A stretch of 64,000 nucleotides of DNA from positions 23,450 to 87,449 of the forward strand of contig CAZLOL010000001.1 in NCBI GenBank assembly GCA_964561045.1, given 5' to 3'. Shown piece after piece: positions 17,551 to 26,500 of the stretch. The notes below the pieces were generated by a model, which saw only the letters and a list, made by a program, of their open reading frames with translations, ran no database searches and had not been told where the DNA came from. Source of the DNA: an uncultured Ignavibacteriaceae bacterium. Lineage in GTDB: Bacteria; Bacteroidota; Ignavibacteria; Tepidaquicellales; Tepidaquicellaceae. The position numbers and the translations under genes were made by a program. The first letter of the stretch is position 1. Every line of letters starts with the position of its first letter.

Positions 17551-19197
17551 ATGAAAAGATTACTGCTTAGAAATAAATATGTCAAAAAATTAAACATTAG
17601 TCTCAAGCTTAAAAAATTTTATAGTAACGGATTAAAGGGGGATGAAAATTCATCCCGAGTATTATTCTGGTCTACTGGAGGAATGATAATTCAGACAAAT
17701 CTGGAAGCCGCTATTGCAGTTTCTTTAAAACTCAGGGGGCATAAAGTAAAAATGATTCTTTGTGACGGAGTATATAAAGCCTGTGCAAAGAGAGTGGATT
17801 TTCCTGATGTGCCAATAAATGACTGGGGTAAATTTTGCCGAAGCTGTATTCATCAGAATTCAAAACTGCTGGAAAGATTAGGAGTTGATATCGGCTATAT
17901 AGGTGAATATGTTTCTGAAGAGAAAGCTTTATTATTAAGGGAGAAAGCAGGAAAAGTAAATTTTGATAATTACAGAAATCTATCTTATGATGGAATTGAA
18001 CTGGGAAGTCATCTGGAATCCGCAATGACAAGACATACAAGAGGAGGTTCATTTGAAGGTCTGGAATATTTACTTAAAGAGTATGCATTTGCAGTTTTAG
18101 TAAATGCTGAAGCGGCAAAAAATGCAATGAATGAATTCAAACCTGAAAGAGTATATATGTCACACGGAATTTATGCCGACTGGGGTCCTGCTTTAAGCGT
18201 ATTCCTGCACAATAAGATTCCGATTGTCTCATACATTTGCTGTTATCTGGCAGCGCATTTTTTCTTCGGAACTGTCAGGGAGCTCAAGGAGACTTTTTTA
18301 ACGATAAGCGAAAGCTCCTGGAATAAAAATAAGGAAGCAGAGCTTACAGAATTAAAATTAAAGAGGTTAAGTAATTTTCTTGACAGAAGATATTTAAGCA
18401 ATGTAACTCATGACATGAAAGGACTTCTTAAAGATTTCACCGGAGACAAAGAAATTTATTATAAAAAATACGGGCTTAACAGGAACAAAAAAGTCTGGGG
18501 AATTATGACTCATATTAACTGGGATGCAGCCTCAGATTATTTCGGAATGATACATAAAAATTTTGATGAATGGCTTTATGATACGATAAAAGTAATTTAC
18601 AACATAACAGATGTTCAATGGTTAATAAAAATACATCCATCGGAGCTTAATGATAACCCCGAAACCGGATGCCAGAAATTCATTGAGAATAATTTTCCTG
18701 ATCTGCCGTCTCATATAAAAGTAGTAAAAATGGATGATGACATAAGCCCTCTAGATTTTTATAATCTGTTAGACGGAGGAGTGACAGTAATGGGAACGGG
18801 CGGTCTGGAGTTAAGTTTAAAAGGGAAACCTGTTATACTTGCCGGCGATGCACATTATTCGGGCAAAGGTTTTACCAATGATGCAACAGACAAAACGAAT
18901 TACAGAAAATTGTTATATGAAACATTGAGCATGGAAAAATTAGATCCGGAGAAAATTTTATTAGCATCAAAGTATGCATATATATATTTTATACAGAAGC
19001 AGATACCCTTGCTGCCAACAATTTCTGAAGAACTTCTGATTGATTTCAGTAAATTAAATTATCTGATCCCTGGGCACAACAAATTCATGGATTTTGTATG
19101 TGAAAAATTAATAAGCGGTGAAGATTTCATTCTTCCCGAAGAACTGGTTGAACTGACACATATAACAGACCTTGATCAGATTAGACAATCCGCATAA
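17551..19197 (+). CDS. Capsule_synth-like (KpsC/KpsS-type) putative keto-sugar-acid transferase
   Basis: The ORF-track start 17461 overlaps the amidase gene, whereas ATG 17551 (MKRLLLRNKY) follows its stop. The C-terminal half, WLIKIHPSE...TVMGTGGLELSLKGKPVILAGDAHYSGKGFT, resembles the KpsC/KpsS pattern. Confidence 0.45.
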   Translation: MKRLLLRNKYVKKLNISLKLKKFYSNGLKGDENSSRVLFWSTGGMIIQTNLEAAIAVSLKLRGHKVKMILCDGVYKACAKRVDFPDVPINDWGKFCRSCIHQNSKLLERLGVDIGYIGEYVSEEKALLLREKAGKVNFDNYRNLSYDGIELGSHLESAMTRHTRGGSFEGLEYLLKEYAFAVLVNAEAAKNAMNEFKPERVYMSHGIYADWGPALSVFLHNKIPIVSYICCYLAAHFFFGTVRELKETFLTISESSWNKNKEAELTELKLKRLSNFLDRRYLSNVTHDMKGLLKDFTGDKEIYYKKYGLNRNKKVWGIMTHINWDAASDYFGMIHKNFDEWLYDTIKVIYNITDVQWLIKIHPSELNDNPETGCQKFIENNFPDLPSHIKVVKMDDDISPLDFYNLLDGGVTVMGTGGLELSLKGKPVILAGDAHYSGKGFTNDATDKTNYRKLLYETLSMEKLDPEKILLASKYAYIYFIQKQIPLLPTISEELLIDFSKLNYLIPGHNKFMDFVCEKLISGEDFILPEELVELTHITDLDQIRQSA

Positions 19198-19227
19198 ATA
19201 TTCCAAAAAAAATATTAATCCAAAATT

Positions 19228-19911
19228 ATGATTTTAATCACAGGAGCTTCCAGGGGAATCGGAAAATTCCTATTTGGTGAGTTTATTAAGGCAGGAGAAG
19301 AAGTGTACGGTACATATTATTCTGAGAACAAAGAGTTTGAAAATAATGACAGATATTTCCGGCTGGATGTTTCAGACTATGAGCAGGCGGAAAAGACAGT
19401 CAGCAGACTGGAAGAAAAAATAAATAAATTTAAATTAATAAACTGCGCCGGGAATAATTACAGTTGTTTCACACATAAGTCTTCTCCTCAAAAATGGAAT
19501 GACGTGATTGTTACAAATCTTATCGGAACATACAACATGATCCGTGCTTCATTACCAATTATGAGGGAGCAAGGTTACGGAAGGATAATAAATTTCTCAT
19601 CAATTGTTGCAGAAACCGGAATACCGGGAACAAGCGCATATGCAGCATCCAAAGCAGGGTTGTGGGGAATGACAAGAAGCATAGCCGTGGAGAATGCAAT
19701 GAAAGGAATCACAATTAATAATTTGAATTTAGGATATTTTGATATCGGAATGATAGAAGAAGTAAGTGAGGAATATCAGAAGATAGTAAAGAGTAAAATC
19801 CCGACCGGTAAATTCGGTGATCCAAAAAATATTTACAATGCTGTGAAATTCATTATAGACTCTGAATATATTAACGGAACTTCAGTGGATATAAACGGAG
19901 CAATATATTAA
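19228..19911 (+). CDS. Classical SDR (FabG-like reductase)
   Basis: Motifs ILITGASRGIGK, NCAGN and YAASKAG. Confidence 0.85.
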   Translation: MILITGASRGIGKFLFGEFIKAGEEVYGTYYSENKEFENNDRYFRLDVSDYEQAEKTVSRLEEKINKFKLINCAGNNYSCFTHKSSPQKWNDVIVTNLIGTYNMIRASLPIMREQGYGRIINFSSIVAETGIPGTSAYAASKAGLWGMTRSIAVENAMKGITINNLNLGYFDIGMIEEVSEEYQKIVKSKIPTGKFGDPKNIYNAVKFIIDSEYINGTSVDINGAIY

Positions 19912-19936
19912 GGAATTTGAATTTGAAGAAACGGAA

Positions 19937-20926
19937 ATGAAAGTCTCAGTCATCATAACAACTTATAACAGAGCAGGAATAATACCAATGTGCATGGATT
20001 CACTGATCAAACAGAATTTTCCTAAATCAGATTATGAAATTATAATAGTAAATAATAATTCATCTGATAATACTGAAGAAGTAATTGAAAATTATATTGA
20101 GAAATATCCTGATACAAATATAAAATATTACTATATACCAAAACCAGGACAGGTATATGCCAGGCAGATAGGAATTCTTGCTTCGCAATATGAGATACTT
20201 AGTTTTACTGATGATGACGGAATCCTTTCACCTGACTGGATTCGGGAAATAGTAAATGCATTTGAACTTAACAAGAATGCTGTTGGTGTAGCAGGAAAGA
20301 TAAATATCAAGTGGGATGAGCCGCCTCCCGAATGGATTTATGAATACGAAAACTATCTCGGCAAACTTGATTACGGTGATGAAATAAAATTTGAAAAAGG
20401 AATGTATATGAATGCCGGAAATTTAAGCATTAAAAAAGATGTGCTTATAGAAGTAGGCGGATTCAATCCTGAAATGATCGGCGACTGGCTTGTTGGTGAT
20501 GGGGAAACGGGACTTTGGATAAAATTAAAAAAGAAAGGGTACATCATTGGATGGGCACCAAAAGCATTAATGGAGCATTACCAGATAGCTAAAAAAAATG
20601 CAACGGTTGAGGATATAAAAAGAAGATTTATTAATAACGGGATATGCATTCCTTATAATATATATGCTATTGATAAGGAAGGAAATATGGCATTGTTAAA
20701 AAACATGTTTTTTTCTTTTAAGCATAAACTTAAGTGGTATTTAAGAATACTGAAATTCAGAGTTAAAGGGGATGAGAAAAACAAAAATTATTCGATTTTC
20801 AGAGAAGCCTTTTATTCTGCTCAGATAAATTACACTTTAAAATTAATTTTTGACAAAGAATTCAGATCAGCGTTAACAAAAGGTGACTGGTTAATTACAA
20901 AACAAAAGGAGAATGTCATAGCATGA
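19937..20926 (+). CDS. Glycosyltransferase family 2
   Basis: Motifs [42 protein letters not shown] and FTDDDG. Confidence 0.85.
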   Translation: MKVSVIITTYNRAGIIPMCMDSLIKQNFPKSDYEIIIVNNNSSDNTEEVIENYIEKYPDTNIKYYYIPKPGQVYARQIGILASQYEILSFTDDDGILSPDWIREIVNAFELNKNAVGVAGKINIKWDEPPPEWIYEYENYLGKLDYGDEIKFEKGMYMNAGNLSIKKDVLIEVGGFNPEMIGDWLVGDGETGLWIKLKKKGYIIGWAPKALMEHYQIAKKNATVEDIKRRFINNGICIPYNIYAIDKEGNMALLKNMFFSFKHKLKWYLRILKFRVKGDEKNKNYSIFREAFYSAQINYTLKLIFDKEFRSALTKGDWLITKQKENVIA

Positions 20927-22224
20927 GTAAAACAGTATATGTAGGAATGAGCGCAGACCTTATTCACCCCGGTCATCTGAATATAATAAATGAAGCCAGG
21001 AAGTTAGGTGAAGTCACGATCGGCTTGCTGACAGACAGGGCAATTGCGAGTTATAAGAGACTTCCTTTTCTGACTTATGAACAGAGAAAGCTGATCATAG
21101 AGAACATCAAAGGTGTTCATATAGTAATACCACAGGAAACTTTAGATTATGTTCCCAATTTGAAATTAACAAAGCCGGATTATGTTGTTCATGGTGACGA
21201 CTGGAAAACCGGAGTTCAGAAACAGACCAGGGATAAAGTAATTGAGGCTCTGAAGGAATGGGGAGGAAAATTAGTTGAAGTAGAGTATACGAGAGGAATC
21301 TCATCTACACAAATGATAAACAGTCTGAAAGAAATAGGGACTACACCGGAGATAAGAATGAAAAGATTAAGAAGGTTACTTGAAGTAAAGCCTATAGTTA
21401 GATTAATAGAAGCTCACAACGGATTAACAGGGCTGATCGCAGAAAACATTCAGACAATAAAAGACAATCAGCCAAGAGAGTTTGACGGAATGTGGCTGAG
21501 CAGTCTTACAGATTCGACAGCAAAAGGCAAGCCTGATATTGAGGCAGTTGATGTAACGGCAAGGATGCAGACGCTGAATGATATAGTAGAAGTAACAACC
21601 AAGCCGATCATATATGACGGAGATACAGGCGGCCGAGCCGAGCATTTTGTTTTTACCGTAAAGACGCTTGAGCGTCTTGGAGTGTCAGCAGTGATAATTG
21701 AAGATAAGATCGGTTTAAAAAAGAACTCTCTTTTTGGAACAGACGTGGATCAAACGCAGGACAGTATTGAGGATTTCAGCCATAAACTATCAATGGGAAA
21801 GAAGTCTCAGATCACAAAAGAATTTATGATCATCGCAAGAGTAGAAAGTCTGATTTTAAAAAAGGGAGCAGATGATGCGCTGACTAGATCCAAAGCTTAT
21901 ATTGAGGCAGGTGCAGACGGCATAATGATACACAGCAAAGAAAAGAAACCGGACGAGATACTAGAATTCTGTAAAGGATATAAGAGCTTTGAAAAGAAAG
22001 TACCGCTGGTAGCCGTTCCTTCTTCATATAATACTATTTATGAAAAAGAACTTATTGAAGCCGGTGTAAATATTGTAATTTATGCGAATCAGTTATTACG
22101 AAGTGCATATCCTGCAATGGTTGATACTGCAAAATCTATTCTTGAAAATGAAAGATCTTACGAAGCTGACAGCAGTATGATGCCGATAAATGAGATACTA
22201 AACTTAATTCCGGGCGGAAAATAA
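20923..22224 (+). CDS. ppm: Bifunctional HIGH-type cytidylyltransferase / phosphoenolpyruvate phosphomutase
   Basis: The N-terminal ~130 aa, [23 protein letters not shown], are TagD/ECT-like with an HxGH motif. The C-terminal domain carries [13 protein letters not shown] and [13 protein letters not shown], the EDKxxxxxNS PEP mutase discriminator. There is a 4-nt overlap with the upstream GT2 gene. Confidence 0.85.
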   Translation: MSKTVYVGMSADLIHPGHLNIINEARKLGEVTIGLLTDRAIASYKRLPFLTYEQRKLIIENIKGVHIVIPQETLDYVPNLKLTKPDYVVHGDDWKTGVQKQTRDKVIEALKEWGGKLVEVEYTRGISSTQMINSLKEIGTTPEIRMKRLRRLLEVKPIVRLIEAHNGLTGLIAENIQTIKDNQPREFDGMWLSSLTDSTAKGKPDIEAVDVTARMQTLNDIVEVTTKPIIYDGDTGGRAEHFVFTVKTLERLGVSAVIIEDKIGLKKNSLFGTDVDQTQDSIEDFSHKLSMGKKSQITKEFMIIARVESLILKKGADDALTRSKAYIEAGADGIMIHSKEKKPDEILEFCKGYKSFEKKVPLVAVPSSYNTIYEKELIEAGVNIVIYANQLLRSAYPAMVDTAKSILENERSYEADSSMMPINEILNLIPGGK

Positions 22225-22227
22225 TTC

Positions 22228-23355
22228 ATGATTAGTCCCAAGAGATTTTTTGAGATATTAAACAGCAACGGCATAAATTTTTTTACTGGTGTTCCTGATT
22301 CTCTGTTAAAAGATTTTTGTGGATACGTGACGGATAATGTTTCAGAGAAAGATCATATAATAAATTCAAATGAAGGTGCTGCAATAGCATTAGCTAGCGG
22401 ACATTACATTGCAACCGGAAAACCTGGACTGGTCTATATGCAGAATTCCGGATTAGGGAATGCAGTCAACCCATTGCTTTCTTTAGCTGATTCCGAAGTT
22501 TACAGCATCCCTATTCTTTTGGTAATTGGCTGGAGAGGTGAGCCGGGAAAGAAAGATGAACCACAGCATATAAAACAGGGAAAGGTCATGCTGGATTTGC
22601 TGAAAGCTATGAATATCAGTTATGATATAATTAACAGTTCGACCTGCAACATAGAAGAGATATTAAGAAAAGCATATTCAGCGATGACAGAACTATCATG
22701 TCCGTATGCATTGATAATTTCAGAAGGATCATTTGAAGAATACAAGATGGTCCATGATATGCAATCAGATTATCAGTTTAACAGAGAAGAAGCCATTAAG
22801 TTAATACTGGATGATCTCAGCAATAATGAAATTATAGTTTCCACAACCGGTAAAACATCAAGGGAAGTATTTGAGTACAGGAAAAAGAATAATCAGGGAC
22901 ATCAGAATGATTTTCTGACTGTCGGATCAATGGGACATTGTTCACAGATCGCGCTTGGTATTGCCCTTGAGAAAAACAGAAAACAAGTTTACGTATTAGA
23001 CGGTGACGGAGCTGTAATCATGCAGATGGGATCACTTGCAATATTAGGAAGCGAAGCTCCGGAAAACTTCAGGCATATATTACTTAATAATGGTGCTCAT
23101 GACTCGGTAGGCGGACAGCCGACTGCCGGGTTCAAAACTGATTTTTCTGCAATAGCTAATGCCTGCGGATATAATCTTGCGATCAGAGCAGAGACCGAAA
23201 AGGAGATAAAGGACGGATTATCAAAGATGAAAGAAATACCGGGACCGGCATTCCTTGAGATCAGAGTTAATAAAGGAGCACGAAAAGAACTGGGAAGACC
23301 TACATCAACTCCTTTGGAGAATAAATTAACTTTAATGGATAATCTTTTAAAATGA
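22228..23355 (+). CDS. ppd: Phosphonopyruvate decarboxylase (ThDP-dependent)
   Basis: The N-terminus reads INFFTGVPDSLLKDFCGYV. The ThDP motif is LDGDGAVIMQMGSL...LLNNGAHDSVGGQPT. It follows ppm directly. Confidence 0.85.
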   Translation: MISPKRFFEILNSNGINFFTGVPDSLLKDFCGYVTDNVSEKDHIINSNEGAAIALASGHYIATGKPGLVYMQNSGLGNAVNPLLSLADSEVYSIPILLVIGWRGEPGKKDEPQHIKQGKVMLDLLKAMNISYDIINSSTCNIEEILRKAYSAMTELSCPYALIISEGSFEEYKMVHDMQSDYQFNREEAIKLILDDLSNNEIIVSTTGKTSREVFEYRKKNNQGHQNDFLTVGSMGHCSQIALGIALEKNRKQVYVLDGDGAVIMQMGSLAILGSEAPENFRHILLNNGAHDSVGGQPTAGFKTDFSAIANACGYNLAIRAETEKEIKDGLSKMKEIPGPAFLEIRVNKGARKELGRPTSTPLENKLTLMDNLLK

Positions 23356-24488
23356 TTCAGGCTGAATATTCCGGAACAGGCTGCATAAAAAATCTTACAG
23401 AAATATTATCAAACATAAAACCCCGGAATATATTTCTAGTTGCAGGGAAAAATTCATACAAAACATCCGGAGCTGAAGGAATACTTGGTGAATTATTAAA
23501 TGAATATACAGTAACACTCTTTAATGAAGTCAGCGGTGATCCTTTAATCGAAAACATTATTAAAGGGATGGATATTTTTTTAGAATCAGATTGTGACATA
23601 GTTATAGCTATCGGCGGCGGAAGTGTAATAGATACGGCAAAATCAATAAATGTTTTAAGCAGTCAGGAAATAAATCCTAGGCATATTATAGAAGGCAAGG
23701 AGAAGATAGTAAATAAAGGCAAACCATTGATTGCAATACCAACTACATCCGGAGCCGGCAGCGAGTCTACACATTTTGCAGTTATTTATATGGAGAAAGA
23801 GAAGTATTCTTTGGCACATGAATATATTTTACCTCAATATTCAATTGTTGATCCGCAGCTTACTTTTGATCTGCCTTCAGGAATTACGGCAACATCAGGA
23901 ATAGATGCATTCTCACAGGCTATAGAATCTTTCTGGAATGTAAATGCGAATGATGAATCAAGAGAATATTCTGAAAAGGCAATCAAGCTTATCCTTGAAA
24001 ATATTAAGTCTGCTGTAAATGAACCAACGGAATACAGCAGGGAAAATATGTCAAAAGCCGCACATCTTGCCGGGAAAGCAATCAACATTACAAAGACAAC
24101 CGGTCCGCATGCAGTATCATACGCAATGACTTCATATTACGGGATACCTCACGGGCAGGCGGTTAGCGTCACACTTGCGGAATTTCTGGAATTTAATTTT
24201 AATGTAACGGAATCAGATCTAATGCCCGGGTTAAATTTAAATGAAGTCAGAGCTAGCCATGAAAAACTTCTGAGGATACTTAAATGCAGAGATATTAGTG
24301 AAGGAAAAAATCTAATCAATGAACTGATTAAATGTATCGGATTAAAAACAAAATTATCCGAGCTCAACATCAGGTCACAGGAAGATCTAAAGATAATTAT
24401 TGAAAGTGTAAACTTAGAAAGATTAATGAACAATCCGAGATCAGTTTCTAAAGAAGACCTTGGCAGAATATTAGAAAAAATTTTATAG
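23352..24488 (+). CDS. Group III iron-containing alcohol dehydrogenase; phosphonoacetaldehyde reductase by context (2-hydroxyethylphosphonate-forming)
   Basis: Motifs IAIGGGSVIDTAKS, IAIPTTSGAGSESTHF and IPHGQAVS. A 4-nt overlap links it to ppd. The family call is firm, but the substrate is inferred from position. Confidence 0.65.
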   Translation: MIQAEYSGTGCIKNLTEILSNIKPRNIFLVAGKNSYKTSGAEGILGELLNEYTVTLFNEVSGDPLIENIIKGMDIFLESDCDIVIAIGGGSVIDTAKSINVLSSQEINPRHIIEGKEKIVNKGKPLIAIPTTSGAGSESTHFAVIYMEKEKYSLAHEYILPQYSIVDPQLTFDLPSGITATSGIDAFSQAIESFWNVNANDESREYSEKAIKLILENIKSAVNEPTEYSRENMSKAAHLAGKAINITKTTGPHAVSYAMTSYYGIPHGQAVSVTLAEFLEFNFNVTESDLMPGLNLNEVRASHEKLLRILKCRDISEGKNLINELIKCIGLKTKLSELNIRSQEDLKIIIESVNLERLMNNPRSVSKEDLGRILEKIL

Positions 24489-25685
24489 TTGAGTCCGAAG
24501 AAGAATTCCTTATCAAAAATCCTTGAAATGAAACTAAGGATGCTCATTGACAGAATAAAAGGAAAAAAAATTATAATTCTGGATATTGAGGAAACATCTT
24601 TCATTCCTTACATACTTCCGATATACAATGCTTTGATTAAAAAGACAAACAGAATTTCTTATTACATTGCAACTCACTATGAAGGAAATGAGCAGCTGAA
24701 GGAATTCAACATCCCTCTGAAAAAACAGTTCAATGTAAATCTTAGCAGGGAATTCGGCAGTGCTGATATATTCTTATCACCACATATATATGGTATAGGG
24801 AACATCAGATCAAAAAAAATTCACATTAATCATAATCAGCCGGTAAAATATGAATCCTATCAGAAAAATGATTTCGTCAATTTTGACGTTCACTTTCTCA
24901 CGAGTCCTTTACACCGCGATCAGACAGAGAATACAATTAAAAAATATAATCTTGAGGACAGGGATATTAAATTATATAATATCGGTTATTCAAAATCCGA
25001 TGCTCTTTTACAGGGTAAATATAGCAGGGAAGATGTAATAAATCAATTAAAGCTAAATCCTTTATTTAAAACTGTTTTATATGCTCCTTCCTGGGATGAG
25101 GGGCTTTCATTAAGAACATTCGGAGAAGATGTGATTAATAATATTTTAGAAATTCAAAATATTAATTTGATTGTTAAGCTTCATCCAATAAGCTATTGTC
25201 CGGCTGACGGACCTAATTATTTATTTTATACCGGCGGAATTGACTGGGTAAAAAGTTTTTCAAAATATAATTCATATCCGAACTTCAGACATATTCCTTC
25301 AAATAATATTGATCCTTTGCTAACTGCTGCTGATGTAATGGTTACAGATCTCAGCAGTGTTGCTCTTGAGTTCATAATGCTGGACAAACCTGTTATATAT
25401 ATTGACTGCCCGGAATTTTTTGAGAAGACACTGAAGAAAACTTATTCAAACTTTGGAGATACAACGGAAGAATTTGTAAGAAACGATCCGAAAGCAAATG
25501 CAGGAAGACATGTAGGATATGTAATTTCCGGTCCGGATAAATTGCCTGAAGCAATAAGAAAATGTCTCGATAATCCGGAAGAGTTATCCGGCAAAAGAAA
25601 GGAGTTTGCGGGGCAGCTTAGTTACAATCCCGGCAATGCTTCAAATATTGCAGCGCAAAAAATTTTAGAAATTCTCGGTATATGA
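24489..25685 (+). CDS. CDP-glycerol glycerophosphotransferase family (TagB/TagF-like) transferase
   Basis: The TTG start lies on the base after the upstream stop; an alternative ATG is at 24528. Motifs IVKLHP and ADVMVTDLSSVALEFIMLDKPVIYIDCPEFF form the Glyphos_transf C-terminal pattern. Confidence 0.6.
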   Translation: MSPKKNSLSKILEMKLRMLIDRIKGKKIIILDIEETSFIPYILPIYNALIKKTNRISYYIATHYEGNEQLKEFNIPLKKQFNVNLSREFGSADIFLSPHIYGIGNIRSKKIHINHNQPVKYESYQKNDFVNFDVHFLTSPLHRDQTENTIKKYNLEDRDIKLYNIGYSKSDALLQGKYSREDVINQLKLNPLFKTVLYAPSWDEGLSLRTFGEDVINNILEIQNINLIVKLHPISYCPADGPNYLFYTGGIDWVKSFSKYNSYPNFRHIPSNNIDPLLTAADVMVTDLSSVALEFIMLDKPVIYIDCPEFFEKTLKKTYSNFGDTTEEFVRNDPKANAGRHVGYVISGPDKLPEAIRKCLDNPEELSGKRKEFAGQLSYNPGNASNIAAQKILEILGI

Positions 25686-26500
25686 CAGACACTATTAATC
25701 CGGCAGATATAATTCAAAAAGCAGTAACTGATCTTGCAGCTTCATGGAAAGAGAGCGGAATTGAAGAGGGAGATACGGTTCTGCTGCACAGTTCACTTTC
25801 CGGATTTATAAAAAAATACAGAACAGAGGGGATTCCAATCTTACCCAATGATATTCTGAAGTCATTCATGATTTCTGCAGGAGAAAAAGGGACACTGATC
25901 TTTCCGACATATAATTTTGATTTTACAAAGGGCAGGACATTCGATATTCTGAATACAAGATCAGAAACCGGAGCATTGTCCGAAGCAGCAAGACTTCATC
26001 CTGAGTCTGTAAGAACAGGTCATCCTCTTTTTTCATTTGCCGTAATCGGATATCACAGGAATATTTTTGAGGATCTCAGCAATTACAGCGCATTCGGGAA
26101 GGATTCGCCTTTTGCAAAACTGCTTGAGCTAAAGGGGAAAATAGCTGCGCTTGATGTTGCAGGGGAAAACTGCATGACATTTTATCATCATGTGGAAGAG
26201 ATGGAAAATGCACCAAACAGATACCATAAGATATTCAGAGGAAATTACATAGATAAGCACGGAGTCCAAAGTGAAAAAGAATTTAATGTTTACTCACGAA
26301 AAATTGATGAGGGAGTTGAGACGGATGTCAAGCCAATGGAAGAATATCTTTGGTCAAAGAGAATGTATTCTGGAAACCGGCCAGGAGAAGGAAACTGTCT
26401 TCATGTGATCAAAGCTGAAAGGGTTTATGAAGAAGCATCCGCAGTCATAAGAGGAGGAAGATCACTTGGTATGCTTTATAAAATCACTAAAGACAATTGA
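25682..26500 (+). CDS. AAC(3)-family (aminoglycoside 3-N-acetyltransferase-like) N-acyltransferase
   Basis: Motifs VLLHSSLSGF, GTLIFPTYNFDF and TGALSEAARLHPESVRTGHPLFSFAVIG. There is a 4-nt overlap with the upstream gene. Confidence 0.6.
   Translation: MTDTINPADIIQKAVTDLAASWKESGIEEGDTVLLHSSLSGFIKKYRTEGIPILPNDILKSFMISAGEKGTLIFPTYNFDFTKGRTFDILNTRSETGALSEAARLHPESVRTGHPLFSFAVIGYHRNIFEDLSNYSAFGKDSPFAKLLELKGKIAALDVAGENCMTFYHHVEEMENAPNRYHKIFRGNYIDKHGVQSEKEFNVYSRKIDEGVETDVKPMEEYLWSKRMYSGNRPGEGNCLHVIKAERVYEEASAVIRGGRSLGMLYKITKDN

Noticed and set aside
20923-25685. Reading the TagD-like domain plus TagF-like gene as an ordinary CDP-glycerol / glycerol-phosphate (teichoic-acid) module.
   Set aside because: The cytidylyltransferase domain is covalently fused to a PEP mutase with the EDKxxxxxNS motif, followed by phosphonopyruvate decarboxylase and an ADH. 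A phosphonate substrate is therefore the better primary hypothesis. This reading is kept as the explicit alternative in the finding.
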